DNA of 64,000 nt from Fimicolochytrium jonesii (Eukaryota), in the NCBI RefSeq assembly GCF_025526975.1, contig NW_026515686.1, positions 248,001-312,000 of the forward strand. The letters run 5' to 3'. Below are positions 48,967 through 60,973 of the stretch, one piece after another. The notes beneath the pieces were generated by a model. It was not told the origin of the DNA. It did not search any database and saw only the letters and a program-made list of their open reading frames with translations. The position numbers and the translations under genes were made by a program. Position 1 is the stretch's first letter; the number at the start of each line of letters is the position of its first letter.

Positions 48967-51301
48967 ATGCGGCTTTCTTACGTCCTCCCCGCGTCCTTCG
49001 CACTGATCTCGGCGGCTGCCGCCCGCGATCACACCTTCCACGTACGTCTCGTCAATCGCCTCCTCCACTTCTCTTCAAACCCTCTGTTTAACACTCACCT
49101 CTCACCGCGCAGCCCACGGAGATCACCGCGCCCTTCGTGGAGCAATTCACCCCTGGATGGGACAAGCGCTGGATCCCCTCGACGTCCAAGAAAGTCGTGG
49201 ATGGCGTTGAGGACGAGGATCTACTGCAGTATAGGGGCCGGTGGGCGGTTGAGGCGCCGGAAGGAGCGGTGATTGAGGGGGATGAGGGTTTGGTGGTGAA
49301 GGACGCGGCTGCGCATCATGTAAGTAACTTGGGACGTTTTGGGACTACAGTGTTCCATGGAGAACGCTGTAAGTTGGAAACGAAGGTAGTGAGTATCTCC
49401 GCGTTGAGCTGACCAAAGCTCGTTTTGTCCGTGCCGTGCATTCTAGGCTATCACGGCTTTGTTCCCGACCCCAATCGACCCTGCCGGTAAAAGCTTCGTC
49501 GCCCAGTACGAGGTGAAGCTCCAGAACGGCCTCGAGTGTGGAGGCGCCTACATGAAGCTCTTGACTGCCGACAGCTCGTTTGATCCTGCCAAGTTTGCTG
49601 ATAAGACTCCTTACACTATCAGTGAGTTTGATTTGCCATCGAGGGCAGGGTTGTATGGGAAGGCAACCGAGACTTACTTGCATGCGAAACCCTTAGTGTT
49701 TGGGCCCGACAAGTGTGGCTCGACAAACAAGGTGCACTTCATCTTCCGTCACAAGGTATGTCTCCTCTGAGTGAATGTGGACAAGGAGGAAGCCCTCATT
49801 GACTGTTTGTTGATCATCTTTTGGACCGACTTCCTCCTCCCACAGAACGCTAAAACTGGCGCAATCGAAGAGAAGCACCTGGAAGCGCCTCCTTCTGCCA
49901 AAGTGGATAAAGACGCCCACTTGTACACCCTAATCGTAGACCCCGACCAGACGTTCAAGATTCTCGTCGACAACGTTGAGGCCAAGACAGGATCCCTTCT
50001 GAAAGACTTCAACCCGCCGGTCAACCCGCCTAAAGAGATCGACGACCCGACGGACACCAAACCAGCGGACTGGGTCGACCTAGCGCAGATCGAGGACCCG
50101 GAGGCAACTAAGCCTGATGACTGGGACGAGGACGCACCGCTGCAGATTGTCGACGAGGATGCGCAGAAGCCGGCGGACTGGCTTGACGACGCGCCCGCAT
50201 CCATCCCAGACCCGGAGGCCGAGAAGCCTGAGGACTGGGACGATGAGGAAGATGGTGATTGGGTGGCGCCTAGCATCCCTAACCCGGCCTGCGAAAAGGC
50301 GTCCGGATGCGGCGAGTGGACGAGACCGTTGAAGAGCAACCCGGCCTATAAGGGGAAGTGGTCTGCGCCGTTGATCGCCAACCCAGCTTACAAGGGCGTG
50401 TGGGCACCGAAGAAAATCTCTAACCCTGCCTATTACGAAGACAATACGCCTTCCAACTTTTCGCCCATTGTGAGTGCGGGCGTTGTTGTTGCATTGGGGG
50501 TATTCCTTGTGATCACCGGATAACTAACGTGTCACCATATCACATTAGGGCGGTATCGGTTTCGAGATCTGGACCATGCAGAACGGTATCTTGTTTGACA
50601 ACATCTACATAGGCCACAGCGCGGCTGATGCCAGGAAGCTCGCTGAGGAGACGTGGGACGTCAAGAACAAACTCGAGACTGAGAAGCGCAAGAAGGAAGA
50701 AGAGAAGGCTGCCAAAGAGGCAGAGAAGAAAGCTAAGGAAGAGGAAAAGAAAGAGAAAGAGGCTCCTAAGAAGGAAAAGAGGGTGAGTTTGGGCGACTGC
50801 GAGGAGGCTGAACTGTATTGTGTGCGCCGTTACAAACGATCACTTCCCGTGCCTCTCCGGGTTTTCCGCATCTCCCCGAGGCCTTATTGACTTTCCTGTC
50901 CACAATATCCTTAGGCCCTCCCCGAACTCCCTCTCAAGGAGCAAGTCAAAGACCAAGTCCTCAAATTCGCCAACATTGCCCGCCACAACCCTCTCGCTGC
51001 CATCCAAGAACTGCCCCTCATCGCCGCCGGCCTCGCCGCATCCATCCTCCTACCCCTGCTCCTCCTCAGCAGCCTCTTTGGCGGATCCACCGCCGCTGCA
51101 AAGTCGAAAGCAGTTGTTAAGAAACCGAAGGAAGCGGTCGTTCCGGTTGGAAAGGAGAAGGCAAAGGGAAAGAAGCAGATTGTCGTCACGGAGACGGTTG
51201 AGACGGATCAGGTGATTGATGCTAGTGGGAAGACGAAGGGGACTACTGTGAAGCGGACTGTTAATGCACAGGCGAAGAATGTGGTTGGGGAGGATGAGTG
51301 A
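48967..51301 (+). CDS. CNX1: Calnexin
   Basis: Signal peptide, [39 protein letters not shown]-domain repeats (KPDDWDE, W..P.I.NP.Y), TM segment and Lys-rich tail. Confidence 0.96.
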
Positions 51302-51923
51302 GTGGGGGAATCTGTTATGCTTTCTGAGGGATTTCTTCAGGGTTCTAGGCGTGGGTGGCATATATTGTGACATCTACCTTCTGATTATGTATTTGAAGGA
51401 CTTTAAGGAGAAATGCATGCAGTGGAATACTTGATAGTGTGGAGCCTATTGAGGACGTCCAAACTGCGTTCAAACGCTTGAGATTTAGTTGGGCATGGAC
51501 TTTGCCTGCTTGTACCGTCCCGCAGCCGTGCGATGCGGGCCTCCTTCCCGACGTATCGCTAGGATCCACGCTGACCAATCGAGAGATATCAAGCGAAGGT
51601 TCACTTTCCATGGATATGACCCAGAACCAAAGCTATGAGAAAGACGTCGTCAACTACGTATACAGCTATTTGCAATTCCGATCGGCTCCGAATGAAGGCT
51701 TTCGGGCAAGAGATTGGAGGGCAGGGGTCGCCCACGCGAGCGAACGGGGACCACGCAGCGTAAAGTGCATACACCGTGGCGGCGTGCCTTCTACAGTACA
51801 TCACCGCAATGAATCCTGCTGGGAAGAAACTGCAGAGGGCGGCGGCTTACCGCAGTTCGATTCACGCATACGAGATTGCGTATAAAGAAGTGCAAAAGGA
51901 GGCAAAGGAAAAAGAAAGTTGAA

Positions 51924-51994
51924 TGCCAAAGGGCGGAATCGAACCGCCGTCCTCACGGCCACAACGTGATGTGCTGCCACTATACCACTTTGGC
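51924..51994 (-). tRNA. tRNA-His (GTG), intronless
   Basis: GCCAAAG/CTTTGGC acceptor stem plus A73, A-box TGGTATAGTGG, anticodon arm TCACG-TTGTGGC-CGTGA, T-arm GGCGG-TTCGATT-CCGCC, downstream T-run terminator. Confidence 0.96.
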
Positions 51995-53613
51995 CTGTTG
52001 TTTCAAGGACAGACGGTGGGATACAGTTTCTCTGAGCGCATTTGCAGATTACGCAGACACTTTGGCCTGTTGTTTCAAGGACAGACGGTGGGATACAGTT
52101 CTCTGAGCGCATTTGCAAATTACGCAGACACTTTGGCTTGTTGTTTCAAGGCCAGATGCTGGGATACAAATATCCAAGAGCACTTGCAGATGACGCAGAC
52201 ACTTACGGCTCACAAACGTGATGTGCTGCCACTATACCACTTTGGCCTGTTGTTTCAAGGACAGACGGTGGGATACAGTTTCTCTGAGCGCATTTGCAGA
52301 TTACGCAGACACTTTGGCCTGTTGTTTCAAGGACAGACGGTGGGATACAGTTCTCTGAGCGCATTTGCAAATTACGCAGACACTTTGGCTTGTTGTTTCA
52401 AGGCCAGATGCTGGGATACAAATATCCAAGAGCACTTGCAGATGACGCAGACACTTACGGCTCACAAACGTGATGTGCTGCCACTATACCACTTTGGCCT
52501 GTTGTTTCAAGGACAGACGGTGGGATACAGTTTCTCTGAGCGCATTTGCAGATTACGCAGACACTTTGGCCTGTTGTTTCAAGGACAGACGGTGGGATAC
52601 AGTTCTCTGAGCGCATTTGCAAATTACGCAGACACTTTGGCTTGTTGTTTCAAGGCCAGATGCTGGGATACAAATATCCAAGAGCACTTGCAGATGACGC
52701 AGACACTTACGGCTCACAAACGTGATGTGCTGCCACTATACCACTTTGGCCTGTTGTTTCAAGGACAGACGGTGGGATACAGTTTCTCTGAGCGCATTTG
52801 CAGATTACGCAGACACTTTGGCCTGTTGTTTCAAGGACAGACGGTGGGATACAGTTCTCTGAGCGCATTTGCAAATTACGCAGACACTTTGGCTTGTTGT
52901 TTCAAGGCCAGATGCTGGGATACAAATATCCAAGAGCACTTGCAGATGACGCAGACACTTACGGCTCACAAACGTGATGTGCTGCCACTATACCACTTTG
53001 GCCTGTTGTTTCAAGGACAGACGGTGGGATACAGTTTCTCTGAGCGCATTTGCAGATTACGCAGACACTTTGGCCTGTTGTTTCAAGGACAGACGGTGGG
53101 ATACAGTTCTCTGAGCGCATTTGCAAATTACGCAGACACTTTGGCTTGTTGTTTCAAGGCCAGATGCTGGGATACAAATATCCAAGAGCACTTGCAGATG
53201 ACGCAGACACTTACGGCTCACAAACGTGATGTGCTGCCACTATACCACTTTGGCCTGTTGTTTCAAGGACAGACGGTGGGATACAGTTCTCTGAGCGCAT
53301 TTGCAAATTACGCAGACACTTTGGCTTGTTGTTTCAAGGCCAGATGCTGGGATACAAATATCCAAGAGCACTTGCAGATGACGCAGACACTTACGGCTCA
53401 CAAACGTGATGTGCTGCCACTATACCACTTTGGCCTGTTGTTTCAAGGACAGACGGTGGGATACAGTTCTCTGAGCGCATTTGCAGATTACGCAGACACT
53501 TTGGCTTGTTGTTTCAAGGACAGACGGTAGAATACAATTGTTCAAGCGCATTTGCTGATTACGCCGACACTTACGGCTCACAAACATGATGTGCTGGCAC
53601 TATGCCCTTCGGC
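51995..53613 (-). repeat. Higher-order tandem array of tRNA-His 5' flank plus 5'-half tRNA copies
   Basis: Five 252-bp units (72+71+67+42) and two 180-bp units. Half-tRNAs at 52205, 52457, 52709, 52961, 53213 and 53393, plus a degenerate one at 53573. Confidence 0.95.
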
Positions 53614-54066
53614 GCTGGACCATATGAAGGCTCGACCGGGCTGCTAAAGAACAGATCTTCACCAAATACAACCTGCTGGCAGCACAGGCTGGCAAATGCA
53701 GACCGGGGGGATTGCGAACGGCTGAATGGGCGTGAATCGGTAGCCTCCTTTTCCGTTTGCGGTATGTGGAATTCACGGATCGTCCTTTGCTGCCTGAACA
53801 AGGCCTGGTGCATATGCAGTCTAGTGGATGCATCTTCAACCTCGACGTTCACAGGTCATTCGGGCGAGGCATGAGGTAAGAGCAAGTTTCATAGAGCAAA
53901 TTGAATTGAAAAAATATTATATAGCATGCTTCTTTGTACATGAAGAATAGACGGATGTGGAATAGCGGTCCATTGCACAAAAATGTATAAATGTCCACCC
54001 AATGTAGTCGCATCCATAGTTCCCGACCCAAATCTCTACCCCACGTCCCATCAAAGGTTCACGACC

Positions 54067-55218
54067 CTAGGCCACAACCGTCAGAGCTGGTACGATGGTA
54101 GCCGCCGCTGCGGTTGTGGTAGCGGTGCCGGTGGTGGTCACCGGGAAGGGGATGATAATGGCCGGCAAGGATAGGACTTGTCGACGTTCGTTGTTGAGCA
54201 TAGCCGGCGCCCTCACTCGAAGGACCGGGGTAACCGCCGCCGCCGCGGTTGCAGTGGCCGTGGTTGATGGGGCCAAGATCTCCGTTGGAATAAGGCTTTC
54301 GATCGCTGGGATAAGAGATACCGGAAGCACTTGGCGACGAACGCGGCGGCTGTTAATGACGCCTTCCGCTACATTTGCTGTCGCCGATGCGGTCGCCGTT
54401 GTGGTAGGAGTCGGGATCAATTCGTCAATGAAGGTCTCGATGGCATCGGGAACTTCTTGGCGCGCATCAAGAGGGATGCGGGGAACCTCCTGGCGCGCAT
54501 CGAGAGGGATGCGGGGAACCTCCTGGCGCGCATTGAGGGGGATGCGGGGAACCTCCTGGCGCGCATCGAGAGGGACGCTGGGAACCTCCTGGAGCGCATC
54601 GAGAGGGATGCGGGGAACCTCCTGGCGACGGTAACGTTTTACATCAATAGGGGTTGCAGTGGCGGTCACTGTCGACGTTGCGGCACCAAGGGTAAAGTAA
54701 TCTGCGATGGCCGTCTGGATGATAGCGGGGATGTCTGGAATGGTCGGAACCCGGCGGCGGATGCGTTCCGCTGCGGCCGTGGCGGTAGCGGTAGCCGAAG
54801 CGGTGGATGTAATGGCTGCTTCGAGAGATGCTACCGGGGGAAGAGGGAGGATGGGGACCGGGGGAGGAATGGGTTCGACCGTGACTTGTCGGCGACGGAG
54901 AACCGCCGGATCGCGCCTCCTAAGCACGGCAGTTTCGGTAGCGGTCGCAGCGGTGGCGGTTGCCGCCTCAGTAATAAGTGCGGGCAACTCTGTAATTCCA
55001 GGCAACTGGCGGCGGTTGAGCGCTACGAATTCCGCCACGTCGCGTTCGGCAAGTGTTGCAGCAGGAGCAGCTGCCGCTTCGGTCCATGTGCCAGTGGTAG
55101 TGCCAGTGGCTACATCACGAAGTTGGATGGCGGCCGGCGCTCTTTGACGTGCAGGAGCAGCGTTGACGGAGATGCCAGCAACGCCTGCGAGCGCAATTGA
55201 TAGTGCTTGAATGTGCAT
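54067..55218 (-). CDS. Secreted repetitive polyprotein with Kex2/furin-type sites (KEP-like)
   Basis: Signal peptide MHIQALSIALAGVAGISVNA; repeated RR/RxRR sites; five-plus 33-nt repeats encoding RQEVPRIPLDA (~54448-54630); TATAAAA at ~55340. Confidence 0.85.
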   Translation of the reverse strand: MHIQALSIALAGVAGISVNAAPARQRAPAAIQLRDVATGTTTGTWTEAAAAPAATLAERDVAEFVALNRRQLPGITELPALITEAATATAATATETAVLRRRDPAVLRRRQVTVEPIPPPVPILPLPPVASLEAAITSTASATATATAAAERIRRRVPTIPDIPAIIQTAIADYFTLGAATSTVTATATPIDVKRYRRQEVPRIPLDALQEVPSVPLDARQEVPRIPLNARQEVPRIPLDARQEVPRIPLDARQEVPDAIETFIDELIPTPTTTATASATANVAEGVINSRRVRRQVLPVSLIPAIESLIPTEILAPSTTATATAAAAVTPVLRVRAPAMLNNERRQVLSLPAIIIPFPVTTTGTATTTAAAATIVPALTVVA

Positions 55219-56107
55219 TTCGCTGGTTCGATGGTCTAAGGTGCGTCCTTGGTATTCCTCCGCTACAAAATAAATTGTCTCAGTCGAAATTCTTGATCCC
55301 TCCAGGTGAGAGGGCGGAGATGCTGACTCGGGCTTTTATAGTACTCAGAGAGTCTATGCAGAGCCTTTGGCCCGCACCCCAACGGTCTGCATGTTCGTAT
55401 ACGGGGCCCAGCTGGGCTGGGTTCCGGTGTACGCCATAGTGAGGGCGGGATCCGGCGTGAAACAAAAACTGCCATCAGCTTGACACCTTTGCGATTGAAC
55501 TAGGTGCCATCAGATTGAACTAGGTGCCGTACAACCGCCCTTTGCGTCTTTGAGGAAAGGCGGAAGGAGCGTAGGCACGGGCCAAGCGGAAATATGCAGG
55601 AAAAGTCCCCATCGGGCCTGGCCACGCCTGGATATATGACGCGTTTGTGCAGGACATTCGACAGCGCGTCTGCCCGTCAAACTTTGCCTTAACGGAATTT
55701 TCTCCTGCTTTTTTGACCTCACATTGCCTGGGAGGGAGACTATGAAAAGGGTCTACGATGCTCCAGCAATTGCACGTGGGAGTGGAAAGGTAGCGCTATT
55801 TCGCAATTTTCTTTGATCAAGACATGTAAATCAAACAAGTTTCGTTTTTCCGGTGTCGATCAAAATTTGACCCAGGCCAAGCGTCACGTTCAAAGAAGCA
55901 ACTCTAAACCCACTTATAACGGGTATAAATTAAGAACAGAAACCTAAACATTATCGTCAAACCGATCCGCTTGCCCTGCCAGTCCCTAATACCCTACCGA
56001 TGGTACTACGAAACTACCATCTAGAAGCATCCGGTAATATCCAAAATTTCGAACAGGGATAGAAGGTGTCCTGTCCAGTCAATGAAGAAGGGCGGAGATC
56101 CCCCTCG

Positions 56108-57998
56108 TCAAAAGTCTTTGAACAGCTCAACGAAGGGATCAGGCCTGAAGAATCCGTTGGTGGACACTGGCGATTTCAAGGCTTCCATGTACTCATCGGA
56201 CTTCACACCGCGCGCAACACCATCCTGCTCGATGACTTCGGGAGCCTGGCACGGCGGCACGAAAGGAGGAACGGTCTGGCGAGCTTCAGCCTTCTTCCAA
56301 ATCACCGGCTTGAACCAAGGATGCTGCTTGATCTCGGCGCCGTCACCATTACTTCCCAATCGCTTCTCGGGGTCGATGTCCAGTAATCGACGGATGAGCT
56401 CTTTGGCGTGGCCCTTGATTAGAGGGTGCCACTTTATTCGTCCGGATTGGATGTTATCGTAGATGCGGTCGGACGATTCATCGCCGAAGGGTGTTTTGCC
56501 GGAAATGAGCTCATAGACGAGGACACCGAGCGACCACCAGTCGACCGCTTTGGTGTACGGCTTATTGACCACGATTTCGACCGAGATGTAGTCAGGAGTA
56601 CCGCAGAAAGATTGAGTGGTTTTGTTCACGACCTTGGCGAACCCGAAATCCGCGAGCTTTACGTGGCCAGTCGTATCCAGAAGAATATTTTCAGGTTTCA
56701 GGTCTCGGTAGATGATTTTGTTCGTGTGGAGGTATTCCAAGGAGATGAGAACTTCGGATACGTAGAAGCGAGAAGCTTCCTCGGAAAAGCGCTGATAGAT
56801 ACGTAATATCAGAGTGCGGTTTTGATTGAGAAGTCAGCCTGGGCAGAAACATCAGAACTGAACATACCTGGGCTTTCCTCAAGTACGAAAACAGGTCCCC
56901 TCCAGCGACGTATTCCATGGTCATGAACAGATAAGTTGGATTCTGGAATGTATGGTATAACTCGACAATAAAGGGGTGATCGATGTTCCGTAGAATGTTC
57001 TTTTCGTTCATGACTTGTTTATCTTGCTTCATCTTCACAACATCGTGCTTCTTGATTGCTTTGAGAGCGTAGTACCGTCCCGTCGAATGCTTCAACCGAA
57101 CAAGGAAAACATTGGCAAATCCACCTTTGCCAACTCTCCGAACAATATGGAAGTCATCGAGGTTGTAGTCGCGGTGAAGGCCCGGGGCTGCATTGGGACC
57201 CATTTCGTAGGCAGACAGAGTACCCTTTCGGGAGTTCTGCGTTAACGGCAGATTCCCAATGCTTGGTGAAACGGGAGACATAAGACCCGAATCGCAGCCA
57301 GGCGTGGCGCTGGAAGCACGGTTCTTCTTCGGCATGAAAAGCGTTGTAATCTTCGGAAGCGATTTATGGTGCTTTGCGCCCCCGCTCTGACTACCCAGGC
57401 TTGAATCTGCGGGTGTCCCAGCCTGTGCGTTCAGGGTGTCTACACTTCCGCTCCGTTGTCCACTTAGCATGGCACTCGATGCCGCCGTTGGGCTGTTGAG
57501 CTTCAGTTCTGAAATTTGGTCCAGCTCTTCTTCAGATCCCGTGTCTTCGCTAATGGCCTTTCCACCTGCCGGTATTTTCAATCGTTCTGTCCCCAAAGGC
57601 ATCGAGCCGTGGGCCATTTTGCCTTTCGTTAGATTGGTGGTCTGGCGTGGCAAGGACGACGATCCCGAATTGTAGACATCGGTGGATGACTGAGAGGCTC
57701 CACTGGATATGGAGTACATCTGATATCCCTGCGCTGACGAAGCTGGTTTTGAACTTCGCTGACCAGAAGCTGCAAGGGTCGTATCGCTCGCGCGGGTCGG
57801 CAGCGCAGGCAGGTTATTCGTAACATATTTTCCTTGGCCACCAGGAGATGTAGGGGAAGGCAGAGAATGGTTCATGTCGTCGTCAGGAGAAACAATCTCT
57901 GAGGAGCTCGATCCTTTTTTCGAAAATGCACCACGTAAGGCACCGAGCTTCTCTTGCAGCGCTGTCTTTTTGACTACTTTCGATTCAGTAGATGCCAT
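56108..57998 (-). CDS. PKA catalytic-subunit-like AGC kinase with long Ser-rich N-terminus, 2 exons
   Basis: GKGGFANV, YALK, YRDLKPEN, DFGFAK, FCGTPDY, VDWWSLG, terminal FKDF; intron 56867-56792. Confidence 0.92.
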
Positions 57999-58621
57999 CG
58001 GAGGGACGGTCACTTTCGGATTCGTCTCGGGTATTTGGCGTTGAGAGGTACGCGCGCGGATTGAACAGCTTGAAGTTGCTTTACTAAAGAGGAAACTTCG
58101 TGTTCCTCCGTGTGGTTCGTGCGCAAATACTTATTGGAAAGTTTTGGCTGAGGCAAACCCGGGATTGGGTTGAGCAAACTGACACCTACGCAGTATTGAG
58201 CGCAATGAAAAACATCTCGTCACCCCATGCCTGCCGTCTATCCTTCAAGCCAAATCGACACACAGTTGCTATTCCCGCACCAGCATTGCAGACATGGGAG
58301 ACATTTCTCAGATTCAAATAATGAAGCATTCAAAAAGGACGTAAAGAAATGGATGGCGCACCAGATACGTGCCCATATTTAGACTTCTGGGAGACACGAA
58401 ACCGTTGTGCTCCGTCCCGTCAATTCCGAGTCGGCGGAGTTACTTTCGAGACAAGCCACGTTGCAGTCAATGGACTAGCCAGCCACTTTGACGGGTCTCA
58501 ACCTGTTCATGAATCCTGTTCGAACGTCTCGTAGGTTCGCTTTTGTATTTTCGTCCTGGGCAACACTCCGACGTGGGAAAGTCAGTCGTGGAGCTTACAT
58601 ATATACGCAAGAAAAACGAGG

Positions 58622-60611
58622 ATGGAGGCCGTGCTACCGGCGGTAGCACTAAAGCGTGAGCCTTGGTTTCTGTTTTGTGCTTTGGATGGCGATGTGCCTA
58701 AGCGCTGAACTACACCCATCACAGCGTTCGCGCGAATTCTGCAGTGTCTAGCAAAGATTGGAGAGGATCTATATATCCAACCTCGTCCCAACAAAGTATG
58801 CTTAACTGCTCTTCCTCAACCGCTGGTACGAGAATTGAAATCCTGAGGAAGCTTGTTTAACGGAGAGTCTCGGATAGCTGCTACTCGCCACTGTGAACGC
58901 TTCGCGCTCAGCTTGTGCCCATTATGCGCTGCGAATGGGTTTCTTCGAACGCTACTCGGTTGGCAGTCAAGCGGGTGCTTCCGGAAGCACAGGTGTCGCC
59001 GCCAGCTCCTGTCATGTGCTCCTCAAGGTGATCTGCGCGTGCGGCTATGGGATTTAGGTCCAGTGCTGAGGACTAAAAGGCGGCCTTCCGTCTCAGCCTC
59101 TTTTGAACATCTTTCGGGCGAAAAACACTGTCGACAACGTAGAGAGCTGCCGAATCAGACTGCAATGCAATGGGAACGAAGACCGTCTGGTCATTCAGTT
59201 GCAGTGCAAATATGGTAAGGTAACGTCTGCTGCAGCTGACCAAGCCCGGGCTCACAACACAACACTTGCAATAGGCGTTTTGAAAACACACAAGCTCCAC
59301 TTCGAGCTGTGCGACCCATTAGCCGCGGTGTATAGCAAGAATGCCGCGAGACACAAGTGGACAATAAGCAGCAAAATCACCCACGACTGGTTGAACCATT
59401 TTCATAGCCGGCTCGAAGAAATCGCGATGCGGTGTGGAGCTGATTGGATAGCCTTACGAAGTTTCACCGAGGCGGTAGCAGCGGACGAGGACGATCATCT
59501 AGCGAATCGAACACTGCAAACGGAACTGCAGATAGACATCGAAGACTTTGATAAATACGAAGTGGCCAATGATACATCCGTCATATTTGATCTCAAGAAC
59601 TTCAAGGTGGGTCGGGCCTCAATCAGTTCAACTGTTTCGTAAAACCCCTAATATCTCATTCCACTAGGCCATTCTTACCTTTGCTGATGCCATGGGACAA
59701 CCAGTTTCGGCCTTTTTCGACCAGGCCGGTAGGTAAGCACAGAAGTTAGTTGTGAGCAGAGAGGTCTCCAATATATGGCTTCAGCTGATGAAAGACCCCG
59801 GTAGCCCTGTCATTTTCACAGTAACACAAGCGCCCGACCTGTATGTATTTGACCTTGTCATAGCCACAACCATCCCCTTCGACGAAGACGCGGAGGAGGA
59901 GGATGCGAGGGCACGGCAGAGTCAGCAAAATCAAACCACACCAGTACACGAGGGAACCCAAGCGGCTCAGGGAGGACCACGAACAGCAGCCGCTACGCCG
60001 CGTTCGTCTGCCCCCCTCTCTCATGCGGAAGCGCGTAAGCAAAACACTATTGGAGATGTGGAGCCAGTTCAACGTCAGCGAATCCCGATACTACGAAGAG
60101 ATCAAGAGGATGATGACAGTCGACAAGATCGGTTCGATCAAACCTCTAATCCAGCGCTGGATACTGGACCGGGGGCGGATGACGACGACGACGAGGAACT
60201 TCCGCCATCGCCTCCCCGCAAAGGTCCAGCAATGCTGGAACTGATGGCGGAATTACGGAACAGCCGTCGAAGAGAAGCAGAGCTACGCCAGATGGCAATC
60301 GCTTCCCCACCTGGCACAACCACCACGCACGTCTCAAATAGCTTTCCAGATGACGGACAAAGGCCCGCACCTGGTGCTTTTCAAAAACCTGCGGGGCTTC
60401 CGTCATTGGCAGCCCAGCAGAACCGTGGTCGTCGCTCGAGAGAGCTTGGCAACCTCCCTCTGGACGATGACGACAACGAAATTTTAGAACCAACCCCTCC
60501 TGTGAAGAAGGTGCGTAACAAGCTGAATCCTTCGGTCAACATCATGCGAGCTTTTGATTTCAGACCATTTGCTTATCCTATTGACAGGCGAGATCTTTCT
60601 TTAAGCGCTGA
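58622..60611 (+). CDS. RAD9: Rad9 subunit of the 9-1-1 checkpoint clamp
   Basis: FARILQCLAKIGEDLY, TVNASRSA, RLVIQLQCKYGVLKTHKL, LQTELQID.EDFDKY, FDLKNFKAILTFA, FDQAG.PVIF; disordered acidic tail. Confidence 0.9.
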
Positions 60612-60973
60612 TTACGCACAATAAAGTGACCGAAAGCAGGGCACGCCATCCGATGGCTGCCAGCTTTATGTACAGGTTCCCGGCCGATGCCAAATATATC
60701 CCTTCCCTAGCGCTCTTATACAAGGATGTAGATAGCTCGTTTAGCCTACCGATGCGTAAGATGTGACTAGTCGTATATATTCGGAGCTTTGAGCTTTCGC
60801 AGTGCCTTCCAACTTTGACGCGCGTACGTCCCCTATTAATATGGCTTCAACTGTGTGAAATCGGCTCTGTGGCAGGATTCGGCCCATGGGGGTAGCCCGG
60901 AAGTTCAAATGTGCAACCGGAACTCGAAAATTCTGCTCCTTCCAGTAGTGTCCCTCTCCTTAAGCCGTTTTCC

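Noticed and set aside
52205..53434. Half-tRNA copies as intron-containing or complete tRNA genes
   Set aside because: No 3' exon, T-arm/B-box or 3' acceptor strand follows any copy.
51923..53530. 535-aa repetitive ORF across the tRNA array
   Set aside because: It starts antisense inside the tRNA and stays open only because the units (252 and 180 bp) are multiples of three. Sub-repeats are read in different frames, which argues against coding.
51995..53613. CRISPR array
   Set aside because: The intervening sequences are themselves repeats rather than unique spacers, the context is eukaryotic, and there are no cas genes.
54095..55200. Plus-strand ORFs opposite the KEP-like gene
   Set aside because: Antisense shadows of a GC-rich repetitive CDS; the signal peptide and TATA support the minus strand.
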